Shown: in pieces, positions 46,421-56,500 of the stretch
Layout of the letters: each line of letters begins with the position of its first letter
Position numbering within the stretch: the first letter of the stretch is position 1
Source of the DNA: Escherichia phage vB_EcoM_OE5505
Sequence record: NC_054926.1
Reading direction: 5' to 3' (one strand)
DNA: 64,000 nt
Translations under genes and position numbers: made by a program
Notes under the pieces: model-generated
The model's input: only the letters and a program-made list of their open reading frames with translations
Database searches by the model: none
Told to the model about the DNA's origin: nothing

Positions 46421-47281
46421 TTACACCGCCATTTTTCCTTTAATAGGAGGGTGTGATTCATAGTTGTTAAGAACAAAATTATGCGGCTTTGCGAATTGAC
46501 TCAACCAAAATACCTGCGATTCTGTGTCCCATTCATCAAATTCATCTGGAAATTTTAATTGCAATTCGCATAAATCCATAGGTTCACGACGTAAAATTTC
46601 TTTACATTGTTCTACGTGATTCATATAGATATGAGTATTACCACCGGAAAATATCAAATCTCCCGGAATAAGATTACACATCTTAGCTACAATATGAACT
46701 AACGCAGCATATGATGCAATGTTGAATGGCAAGCCCAAGAACACGTCAACACTTCTTTGATACCACTGTAAATCCAAATAGCCATTACGCACATTAAATT
46801 GATAGAACATATGACAAGGCGGTAATGCCATCTGCTTGAGTTCAGCTGGATTCCATGCAGAAACAATTTGACGCCTATCATTTGGCAGTTTTTTAATACG
46901 ATCAATAACTTCTATAATTTGGTCTACACCGCCAAAATCACGCCACTGTTTTCCATAAATTGGACCAAGTTCACCGCTATTGTATCCTAAATCTTTTGCT
47001 TGATTTTCGTAATTTTCATCCCAGACTGTTTTGCCTTGGATTAACGAATCATGTTGAATTAATCGCAAATCATTGACATTTGTGCTTCCCGATAAAAACC
47101 ATATTAGCTCAGCAATGCAAGCTTTCCAGGCGAGCTTCTTAGTTGTTACTGCAGGAAAACCTTTAGTTAAATCCCAGCGTAATTTAGTACCGAACAAAGC
47201 AATTGTTCCTGTGCCTGTTCGGTCATCGGTTTCATAGCCATTTTCAAAAATGTCTTTAATTAAATCTTGGTATTGTTTCAT
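46421..47281 (-). CDS. td: Thymidylate synthase (no intron)
   Basis: Continuous 286-aa ORF, T4 TS length; active-site region PPCH; T4 td carries the I-TevI intron, this one does not. Confidence 0.95.
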   Translation of the reverse strand: MKQYQDLIKDIFENGYETDDRTGTGTIALFGTKLRWDLTKGFPAVTTKKLAWKACIAELIWFLSGSTNVNDLRLIQHDSLIQGKTVWDENYENQAKDLGYNSGELGPIYGKQWRDFGGVDQIIEVIDRIKKLPNDRRQIVSAWNPAELKQMALPPCHMFYQFNVRNGYLDLQWYQRSVDVFLGLPFNIASYAALVHIVAKMCNLIPGDLIFSGGNTHIYMNHVEQCKEILRREPMDLCELQLKFPDEFDEWDTESQVFWLSQFAKPHNFVLNNYESHPPIKGKMAV

Positions 47282-47326
47282 TTAGTACCTTATATAAATT
47301 ATAATACATTTTATGAAGCTAAATAA

Positions 47327-47674
47327 TCAATACGGTTTAGCATCAAATTTTCTCTCAATTTCAGGTGTGAAATATAATTCTTTACCACGTTTGGAAAAGC
47401 GACCAATAATATGATAATTATTCTCATCAAACATGATATTACCAATATCCATAGCTTTCAACCAAATATCGATATTTCTATCCAGCTTTATGTCAAAATT
47501 CCAATACGGAGAACTATTACCGAAAATACTGCAAGCGGATTCAGTGAAACAACTGCTATAAATCTTGTCTTTAGGAACTACTAATTGATAGACACCTTTA
47601 ATAAACTGAGGACCTTGCCATTTTGGCTGTTTCGCGTCTTCTTCTAATAGAATAGGGTAATAATTAAAATTCAT
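47327..47674 (-). CDS. Hypothetical protein inserted between frd and td (115 aa from ATG)
   Basis: ORF track starts at a GTG (47686); first ATG at 47674. No family recognised. Confidence 0.5.
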   Translation of the reverse strand: MNFNYYPILLEEDAKQPKWQGPQFIKGVYQLVVPKDKIYSSCFTESACSIFGNSSPYWNFDIKLDRNIDIWLKAMDIGNIMFDENNYHIIGRFSKRGKELYFTPEIERKFDAKPY

Positions 47675-47694
47675 ATTTTCCGCCACGCGTTATT

Positions 47695-48521
<827 letters not shown>

Positions 48522-48531
48522 ATTATTTTCC

Positions 48532-48774
48532 TTAAACAGACTTTTTCACAATTTTCCAATCAGCTTTAAACTGCTCGACGTCAGAATGGTAAATCCAAAA
48601 TCCTGCGCTTTCTCCATCCTCATAAAGAGGGCATCCATCACATTCATCTTCCCATCCCATGCCACGTAAAAGATGTTCAGCTTTTTCAACAAGTTCAGAA
48701 TCTTTACCGATGATATTAAAATACCATTTACCTCTAACTTCTGAATCTTTGATGCTCTGGCGTTGTAATCTCAT
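48532..48774 (-). CDS. Hypothetical protein (80 aa)
   Basis: ATG start with strong AAGGAG Shine-Dalgarno. Confidence 0.5.
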   Translation of the reverse strand: MRLQRQSIKDSEVRGKWYFNIIGKDSELVEKAEHLLRGMGWEDECDGCPLYEDGESAGFWIYHSDVEQFKADWKIVKKSV

Positions 48775-48912
48775 TTTATTCTCCTTAGCAAGCTTTAATC
48801 AAAAGATATAAACAGACCAACATAACTGCTGCCATAATATAAGGTGCGAACATTTTCTTTTCTCCATTAGTTTTGATAGGGTAATAGTATCACACTACTA
48901 CCCTTCTGTAAA

Positions 48913-49278
48913 CTACTTTTTGAAAGTTTTTCGCAAAAGTTCAATGATTTCATCTACATTGTTTTCGTCAACAATGCAGTGAATTTTTGTTACGCCAGAA
49001 ACTTTGTCTTTGACTTCATCTTCTTCAGAAGTCGGTTCTTTATACTCACGAAAACAATGAAATTCGTCTTCACAAACGTTAAAGTAAAAATGCTTTCCAT
49101 TTGCGCATTCAATGTGTTTTATTACTCTAAATCCATCAACAAAGAAAGCTTCTTTAACTTCAAACCATCCGCCATTTTCTTGAATAATTTTAACTATTGC
49201 TGAATTAGAACGTGGGCGATAATTAATAAATGTATCAATAAGTCTTGGAACAAGTTCATACTTTTTACCGATATACAT
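48913..49278 (-). CDS. Hypothetical protein (121 aa)
   Basis: ATG start; contains several Cys/His (CANGKH...CEDEFHC). Confidence 0.5.
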   Translation of the reverse strand: MYIGKKYELVPRLIDTFINYRPRSNSAIVKIIQENGGWFEVKEAFFVDGFRVIKHIECANGKHFYFNVCEDEFHCFREYKEPTSEEDEVKDKVSGVTKIHCIVDENNVDEIIELLRKTFKK

Positions 49279-49322
49279 TATGTTTTCCTCATTTTAACGG
49301 GGCTGTAATAGCCCCTTGATAA

Positions 49323-49550
49323 TTATTGTTCAATCAATCCCATGTAAAATTCTGCGTCTTCAGAATCCATACCATCACAATATTCATTAGCCATAAAGCG
49401 GGTGAGGTCTTCAAGAGGACCTTCAATAACGATTTGAATACTCCAAAAATTAGAATCTTGCACGCTTGTGATACTAAGTTCAGGATAACGATTACGAATA
49501 ATTTCTTCGATATATTCAAAATCAACGATGTCAATATCAACTTTAGCCAT
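49323..49550 (-). CDS. Hypothetical acidic protein (75 aa from the internal ATG)
   Basis: ORF track gives 96 aa from 49613, but the ATG at 49550 is preceded by AAAGAGGAAAATAAT; the upstream part overlaps the gene 32 terminator region. Confidence 0.45.
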   Translation of the reverse strand: MAKVDIDIVDFEYIEEIIRNRYPELSITSVQDSNFWSIQIVIEGPLEDLTRFMANEYCDGMDSEDAEFYMGLIEQ

Positions 49551-49635
49551 ATTATTTTCCTCTTTAATCATCAGCAGTATTGCCGATAGTTGTATAGTAC
49601 CATGGAAGGACAAGGATGTAAACAGTTTTGTGAAA

Positions 49636-49672
49636 AAATTTTTGAAATAAAAAGGGGACCTCTAGGGTCCCC
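49636..49672 (-). terminator. Rho-independent terminator after gene 32
   Basis: On the minus strand GGGGACC-cuaga-GGUCCCC followed by TTTTTATTTC. Confidence 0.65.
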
Positions 49673-49694
49673 AATTAATTAGTAATATAATCTA

Positions 49695-50600
49695 TTAAAG
49701 GTCATTCAAAAGGTCATCTAGGTCCGTGTCATCAGCACTAGATGAACTGCCAGAGCTTGAGCTCATAAAATCATCTTCAGTTTTTGTATTGAAGTCATCA
49801 ACATTGAATGCATCCAAATCATCAGCAACTTTATCAGCTTTCTTAGCAGCAGTTGCAGCAGCACCGCCCATCACAGCAGTTCCCATAACTTGACCGAATT
49901 TAGTGCTCAGTTCTTCAAACGATTTGAATTTATCTTTAGAAGTCATTTCAGAAAGGTCAACCATTTGTTCGAACAGTTCTTTCTGGAAAGATTCATCGTC
50001 AATGTTTGGAATCGCAGATTGATTCAGGAATTTAGATTCGTCGTAGTTACTAAATCCAGAAACCTGTTTAACTTTCAGTACAAAGTTAGCACCTTCCCAC
50101 GGACAAGTTACATCAACCGGAGTTTCACCCATTTCAACATCAACCGCAATCATCGCGTTGATTTTATCCCAGATTTTCTTACCGAAACGATATTTAAATA
50201 CTTTACCTTCATTTTCTGGAGCAGCTGGGTCTTTTACAACAAGAATATTAGCCCAGTAAGAAGTTTTACGTTTAACAAGACTGTACTCTTTATTGTCAGT
50301 GTTGTACAGATCATTTTTACTGATGTACTGACATACTGGACAAGAATCGTAATCACCATGGGTAGATGAACATGTTTCAATATACCATTTACCATTTTTC
50401 TTGAAACCGTGATTTACAAGAATTGCGAATGGTGCTTGTTCATCATTTTTAGACGGAAGAAAACGAATTACTGCTTGACCGTTACCCGCATTATCGAGTT
50501 TCAGTTTCCACTCGCCTTTATCTTCAGAAGAAAAACCTTTATTGCCATTCAGTTTAGCCATTTGTGCAGCAAGTTCAGCAGTAGATTTACGTTTAAACAT
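49695..50600 (-). CDS. 32: Single-stranded DNA-binding protein gp32
   Basis: 301-aa ORF, T4 gp32 length; acidic C-terminal tail; sequence recognised. Confidence 0.95.
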
Positions 50601-50660
50601 TTTATTTCCTTTTTAATTTAATTTAATTAACAGTTGGTGCTATGACACTTTACCTCATAG
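50601..50660 (-). promoter_or_regulatory. gp32 translational operator (AU-rich leader with upstream hairpin)
   Basis: Minus strand reads CUAUGA-gguaaagug-UCAUAG then UUAAUUAAAUUAAAUUAAAAAGGAAAUAAA-AUG: an unstructured repeated UUAAA region like the T4 gene 32 autoregulatory site, with a hairpin in the position of the T4 pseudoknot. Confidence 0.55.
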
Positions 50661-51287
50661 CTGGCATAATTCGCAATACTCTGGGTCTTCGAGAGGTATC
50701 CAACCTGAGTTGAAATACTTTACCATCGATTTAGCAGTTGTATCAGTTATATTTATATTACCTTTAACTCTTCGCCATCCAGGAGTTTTACCGTACAGAT
50801 TAGAGGATAATAATAACACATAATTCTCGTAAGCAATATGAGATAATTTCCAAGACTCTATATTAGCTCGTGATGTTTTCCAAGGTCTAAAATCGTCACG
50901 GTTCATATAATTAGCCAATCTCATATGCTCTCTAACTTCCGGGTCTTTGGCTGGATGAGTTTCACCACTCACACCAAATCCACCACCAGCATATACCAGA
51001 TTAAAATAGTCTGGATTATCTCTGGCATTTACTTCAAGTTGGTATTTTCGTTCTGCTTCAATAACATCCAAGTCATCATCAATTTGAATTATTTTAACGC
51101 TCGGTTTTTGAAGCATTAGCGCATTCAAAAATCTTTTTTGTTTACATGAGCTCCAGTATTCCTTTCCGGAAGAGTCATATATTATTCCGTTCTCAAATGA
51201 GCAATTTAATTTACTACCGATATAATAGTATGGCGGAGTCTTATTTTTGACACGGTCTTCAAATGTAAACCAATATACTATATTCAT
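50655..51287 (-). CDS. Hypothetical protein between genes 59 and 32; possibly a degenerate GIY-YIG (Seg-like) endonuclease
   Basis: 210-aa ORF in the position occupied by segG in T4. Weak GIY-YIG-like pattern: IVYWFTF...YYYIGSK, later ERKYQLEVNARDNPDYFNL; the spacing is atypical. Confidence 0.5.
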   Translation of the reverse strand: MNIVYWFTFEDRVKNKTPPYYYIGSKLNCSFENGIIYDSSGKEYWSSCKQKRFLNALMLQKPSVKIIQIDDDLDVIEAERKYQLEVNARDNPDYFNLVYAGGGFGVSGETHPAKDPEVREHMRLANYMNRDDFRPWKTSRANIESWKLSHIAYENYVLLLSSNLYGKTPGWRRVKGNINITDTTAKSMVKYFNSGWIPLEDPEYCELCQL

Positions 51288-51288
51288 A

Positions 51289-51942
51289 TCAATACTTGCA
51301 AGATTTCACAGTTTCAATGAAAACATTTTTAGCTTTCTGTGAATCAATATTTAAAATTTTTCTATAAGCCTTTAACTTTATAGAATAATTATTCCAGACT
51401 AAATTATCAGTCTGTTCATCATGTTTATCAATTATATTTAAAAACGAATCAAGCAAGATAAACGTCTCAAACGAAATTATGTTCGATTGAAGTAGTTTAA
51501 AAATATAACTTGATTGAACTTTTGGATTATATTCAAAAATTTCTTTAAAAGCAGAAACTTCAACTTTTTTACTGAAATAGTAAATGTTGCGAATATCTTC
51601 TTCAAACTTAAATTTAATTTGCTTCAAGCGTCCGATATATTCACGATAAAACACAAGTGCATCAGCGTCAGAGATGTCACCAATCCAAGCATCTTGGTTA
51701 GCTACAAGATTGCTAATAAAAATTAAAGTTAATTCTTTTAATTTATACTTTTCTGATAGCTTTTGGAAAAAATACTTATCCCTTCGCTTTTGATAAGCGG
51801 CATCAGACACCCGCATGCACCAATTATACTTAATTACATCATACTTTCCATTCATATGTTGTTTTATCATTAAGTATAATTTATAAACTGATTTACCATC
51901 AATGTATCTTTCACCACCAGCAGGCATGCGGAGTTTAATCAT
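51289..51942 (-). CDS. 59: Helicase loader gp59
   Basis: 217-aa ORF, T4 gp59 length; sequence recognised. Confidence 0.9.
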   Translation of the reverse strand: MIKLRMPAGGERYIDGKSVYKLYLMIKQHMNGKYDVIKYNWCMRVSDAAYQKRRDKYFFQKLSEKYKLKELTLIFISNLVANQDAWIGDISDADALVFYREYIGRLKQIKFKFEEDIRNIYYFSKKVEVSAFKEIFEYNPKVQSSYIFKLLQSNIISFETFILLDSFLNIIDKHDEQTDNLVWNNYSIKLKAYRKILNIDSQKAKNVFIETVKSCKY

Positions 51943-52277
51943 AGTAGAAAATCTAATGTATTAGTTTTTTCACAACGAACAACAGAAGGACGCAAAAGAT
52001 TTTCGTCGATAGCTTCTGACTGAATTTTTTCAATTATACCCGAAGGAATAAATTTAGCAAATTGAGTTTCAGGAATAGAGTTTTCTTCTAAGAATGCTGT
52101 TGTAGCTTCAAGATAACTCATTCCAAACTCTTCTACCATTTTTTCAATAATAAATCCATTTTCTTGACGATCAAGAAGCTTTGCTATTTCATCCTTTTCT
52201 TTCTTGATTGAAAGTTCTTTTTCTGAAAGACCGGTCTCATCGACCGGACGAATGTCATTTAGAGAAAACTGTGTCAT
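51939..52277 (-). CDS. 33: Late transcription co-activator gp33
   Basis: ORF track starts at a TTG (52286); ATG at 52277 gives 112 aa, the T4 gp33 length. Confidence 0.85.
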   Translation of the reverse strand: MTQFSLNDIRPVDETGLSEKELSIKKEKDEIAKLLDRQENGFIIEKMVEEFGMSYLEATTAFLEENSIPETQFAKFIPSGIIEKIQSEAIDENLLRPSVVRCEKTNTLDFLL

Positions 52278-52524
52278 AAAGTTCAACTACCTCTTCAGTT
52301 TCAGCTTCAAACACATCACGGTTATCTTTATGATACAAAGCTAATAGACGATTAAACATCTTACCATCAACGCCAAGTTCATCTTTGGCACGAATTCGAA
52401 TATCTTTAATCAGTTCATTATAACCGGAAATTTTCAGTTTATGATCAGATGCTTCTTTAATAAATTTAGCCAAGTCTTCGCCATGGATAGCTTCATCAAA
52501 TTCAACCATTTCTTTTTTAGCCAT
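52255..52524 (-). CDS. dsbA: DsbA, double-stranded DNA-binding protein
   Basis: 89-aa ORF, T4 DsbA length; position between rnh and 33. Confidence 0.8.
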   Translation of the reverse strand: MAKKEMVEFDEAIHGEDLAKFIKEASDHKLKISGYNELIKDIRIRAKDELGVDGKMFNRLLALYHKDNRDVFEAETEEVVELYDTVFSK

Positions 52525-52532
52525 TATTCACC

Positions 52533-53450
52533 TCAAAATTCATTAATGCTATTAGTTAATTTAGAAAGACCCGCTTTTACAAAATATGAATAAATTTTGC
52601 CACGCGGTGGTAATTTATATGAATTATAGTAATTCACAATGTTTGAAGCAATATTATCAGGAATATAATCAAAATCAATTAGAACTAAATTTTCTTTATA
52701 ACGATTATACTCAGATTCTGAGAGAAGCACCTTAGCTTGCTCACGGTCATTAGCAATAGCTTCAACGATTGAAGTTTTCATTGAAGGAGTTCGTTCACCT
52801 TCAACTCTGGTAAACCAAAAGTCAGATCGTACTTTAACTGAAGCAACGTTATCCTTTTTGTCGCCTTTAAGGATTTTAGTCATACAGTCAATTTCAGCAG
52901 AACCGCTTTTAATTTTAACCCATTTCTTATGCATCGGTGACCATTGCTTAACATTTGGATATTTGTGAAGCTGTGTAAAGTCACCATCCGACGAAATGAT
53001 TAAAATCTTGTGTCCTTCTAAAGAGAACTTTTTAACAAGAACAGCAATATGGTCATCTGCTTCATACTTATCAATATCCATAACAATGTATGGCATATAA
53101 GCTTTCAATTCATCTATAACTTTATGGCTGGATTCAAAATAACCTTCCCAGTCCCAAGTAGATTCTTCTCGTGCTTTTCCACGGTTTTTCTTATAATAAT
53201 AAGCAAAATCACGACGCCAGTATCCAGATTTCGCGTTATCAATACACAGCACAATTTTAGTGTATCCAAGCGTTTTTGCTTTTTTGACATTAAACTTAAT
53301 TGAGTTCAATATCAAATGACGAACCATTGATAAATTAATTTTTTCTTTATCTGGGAAGTTTACCAGAGCAGTTGAAAGAGCAATTTGACTAAAGTCAATA
53401 AAGCAAATTCCTTCTTTGTAATCTTCATCCAGCATCATTTCTAAATCCAT
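52533..53450 (-). CDS. rnh: RNase H (5'-3' exonuclease / flap endonuclease)
   Basis: ATG at 53450 with GAGG upstream gives 305 aa (MDLEMMLDEDYKEG...), the T4 RNase H length; the ORF track start is 15 nt further upstream. Confidence 0.9.
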   Translation of the reverse strand: MDLEMMLDEDYKEGICFIDFSQIALSTALVNFPDKEKINLSMVRHLILNSIKFNVKKAKTLGYTKIVLCIDNAKSGYWRRDFAYYYKKNRGKAREESTWDWEGYFESSHKVIDELKAYMPYIVMDIDKYEADDHIAVLVKKFSLEGHKILIISSDGDFTQLHKYPNVKQWSPMHKKWVKIKSGSAEIDCMTKILKGDKKDNVASVKVRSDFWFTRVEGERTPSMKTSIVEAIANDREQAKVLLSESEYNRYKENLVLIDFDYIPDNIASNIVNYYNSYKLPPRGKIYSYFVKAGLSKLTNSINEF

Positions 53451-53512
53451 ATGAACCTCGTTCAATTAGTTAGATTTCTATTATATACTATCTAAATCTT
53501 AAAGTAAACAGG

Positions 53513-53520
53513 TATAAATA
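53513..53520 (+). promoter_or_regulatory. Late promoter core TATAAATA upstream of gene 34
   Basis: Exact TATAAATA about 35 nt upstream of the gene 34 ATG, in the divergent rnh/34 region. Confidence 0.5.
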
Positions 53521-53554
53521 CTTATTATTGAAAACACAATAGGAGCCCGGGAGA

Positions 53555-56500
53555 ATGGCCGAGATTAAAAGAAAGTTCAGAGCAGAAGATGGTCTGGACG
53601 CAGGTGGCGATAAAATAATCAACGTAGCTTTAGCTGATCGTACCGTAGGAACTGACGGTGTTAACGTTGATTACTTAATTCAAGAAAACACAGTTCAGCA
53701 ATATGATCCAACTCGTGGATATTTAAAAGATTTTGTAATCATTTATAATAATCGTTTTTGGGCAGCAACGGATAATATTCCAAAACCTGCTGGAAATTTT
53801 AATAGAATTCGTTGGAAAGCATTACGTACTGATGCCGTATATACAACCGTATCATCTGGACCATATCAATTAAAATCCGGAGAAGCAATTTCAGTAGATA
53901 CATCAGTTGGCAATGACATTGAGTTTACTTTACCACCTTCTCCGCTTGATGGAGAAACCGTAATAATTCAAGATATCGGTGGAAAACCTGGCATAAATCA
54001 GGTTAAAATAAATTCTTCAAATCAGAGTATTGTCAATTTTAGAGGTGAACAGGTACGTTCAGTTTTAATGACTCATCCAAAGTCACAGATGATATTCATT
54101 TTTAATAATCGTTTGTGGCAAATGTATGTTGCTGATTATAGCAGAGAAGCTGCGATTGTTACTCCATCGACTGCGTATCAAGCACAATCTAATGATTTTA
54201 TCGTACGTAGATTTACTTCTGCTGCACCAATTAATGTTAAACTTCCGAGATTTGCTAATCATGGCGATATTATTAATTTCGTTGATTTAGATAAACTGAA
54301 TCCACTTTATCATACAATTGTTACTACATACGATGAAACGACTTCAGTACAAGAAGTTGGAACTCATTCCATTGAAGGCCGTACATCGATTGACGGTTTC
54401 TTGATGTTTGACTATAATGAGAAATTGTGGAGATTGTTTGACGGGGATAGTAAAGCACGTTTACGCATTATAACAACTAATTCAAATATTCGTCCAAATG
54501 AAGAAGTCATGGTATTTGGCGCGAATAATGGAACAACCCAAACAATTGAACTTCAGCTTCCGACTGATATTTCTGTTGGTGATAATGTTAAAATTTCCAT
54601 GAATTACATGAGAAAAGGACAAACAGTTAAAATCAAAGCTGCTGGTGAAGATAAAATTGCTTCTTCAGTTCAATTGCTGCAATTCCCAAAACGTTCAGAA
54701 TATCCGCCTGAAGCTGAATGGGTAACAGTTCAAGAATTAGTTTTTAATGGTGAAACTAATTATGTACCAGTTTTGCAACTTGCTTATATAGAAGATTCTG
54801 ATGGAAAATACTGGGTTGTACAGCAAAACGTTCCAACAGTTGAAAGAGTCGATTCTTTAAATAATTCTACTAGAGCAAGATTAGGCGTAATTGCTTTAGC
54901 TACACAAGCTCAAGCAAATGCTGATTTAGAAAATTCTCCACAAAAAGAATTAGCAATTACTCCAGAAACGTTAGCTAATCGTACTGCTACTGAAACTCGC
55001 AGAGGTATTGCAAGAATAGCAACTACTGCTCAAGTGAATCAGAACACCACATTCTCTTTTGCTGATGACCTTATCATTACTCCTAAAAAGCTGAATGAAA
55101 GAACTGCTACAGAAACTCGCAGAGGTGTTGCTGAAATTGCTACGCAGCAAGAAACTAATACAGGAACCGATGATACTACAATCATCACTCCTAAAAAGCT
55201 TCAAGCTCGACAAGGTTCTGAATCATTATCTGGTATTGTAACTTTTGTATCTACCGCAGGAGCTACTCCAGCTTCTAGTCGTGAATTAAATGGTACGAAT
55301 GTTTATAATAAAAACACTAATAATTTAGTTGTTTCACCTAAAGCTTTGGATCAGTATAAAGCTACTCCAACGCAACAAGGCGCAGTAATTTTAGCAGTTG
55401 AAAGTGAAGTAATTGCTGGACAAAGCCAAGAAGGATGGGCAAATGCGGTTGTAACGCCAGAAACGTTACATAAAAAGACATCAACTGATGGAAGAATTGG
55501 TTTAATTGAAATTGCTACGCAAAGTGAAGTTAATACAGGAACTGACTATACTCGTGCAGTCACTCCTAAAACTTTAAATGACCGTAGAGCAACTGAAAGT
55601 TTAAGTGGTATAGCTGAAATTGCTACGCAAGTTGAATTCGACGCAGGCGTCGACGATACTCGTATCTCTACACCATTAAAAATTAAAACCAGATTTAATA
55701 GTACTGATCGTACTTCTGTTGTTGCTCTATCTGGATTAGTTGAATCAGGAACTCTCTGGGACCATTATACCCTTAATATTCTTGAAGCAAATGAGACACA
55801 GCGTGGTACACTTCGTGTAGCTACACAAGTTGAAGCTGCTGCAGGAACATTAGATAATGTTTTAATAACTCCTAAAAAGCTTTTAGGTACTAAATCTACC
55901 GAATCGCAAGAAGGTGTTATTAAAGTTGCAACTCAGTCTGAAACTGTGACTGGAACGTCAGCAAATACTGCTGTATCTCCAAAAAATTTAAAATGGATTG
56001 TGCAGAGTGAACCTACATGGGCAGCTACTACTGCGATAAGAGGTTTTGTTAAAACCTCATCTGGTTCAATTACGTTCGTTGGTAATGATACAGCTGGTTC
56101 TACGCAGGACTTAGAACTATATGAGAAAAATAACTATGCAGTATCACCATATGAATTAAACCGCGTATTAGCAAATTATTTGCCGTTAAAAGCAAAAGCT
56201 GTAGATAGTAATTTATTAGATGGTTTAGATTCACTCCAGTTCATTCGTAGGGATATTGCGCAGACGGTTAATGGTTCACTAACCTTAACACAACAAACGA
56301 ATCTGAGTGCCCCTCTTGTATCATCTAGTACTGCTACGTTTGGTGGATCAGTTTCGGCAAATAGTACATTAACTATTTCTAATACTGGAACAGCAACTCG
56401 TCTGATTTTTGAGAAAGGACCTCAAACTGGGACGAACCCAGCTCAAACGATGACAGTCAGAGTGTGGGGAAATCAATTCAGCGGTGAATCGGACACAACA

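Noticed and set aside
46421-47281. Looked for group I introns and intron-encoded endonucleases in td and nrdB
   Set aside because: Both genes are uninterrupted and full length; there is no non-coding insertion or internal ORF.
49890-50621. Plus-strand 159-aa and 70-aa ORFs overlapping gene 32
   Set aside because: Antisense to gp32 with low-complexity translations; no independent support.
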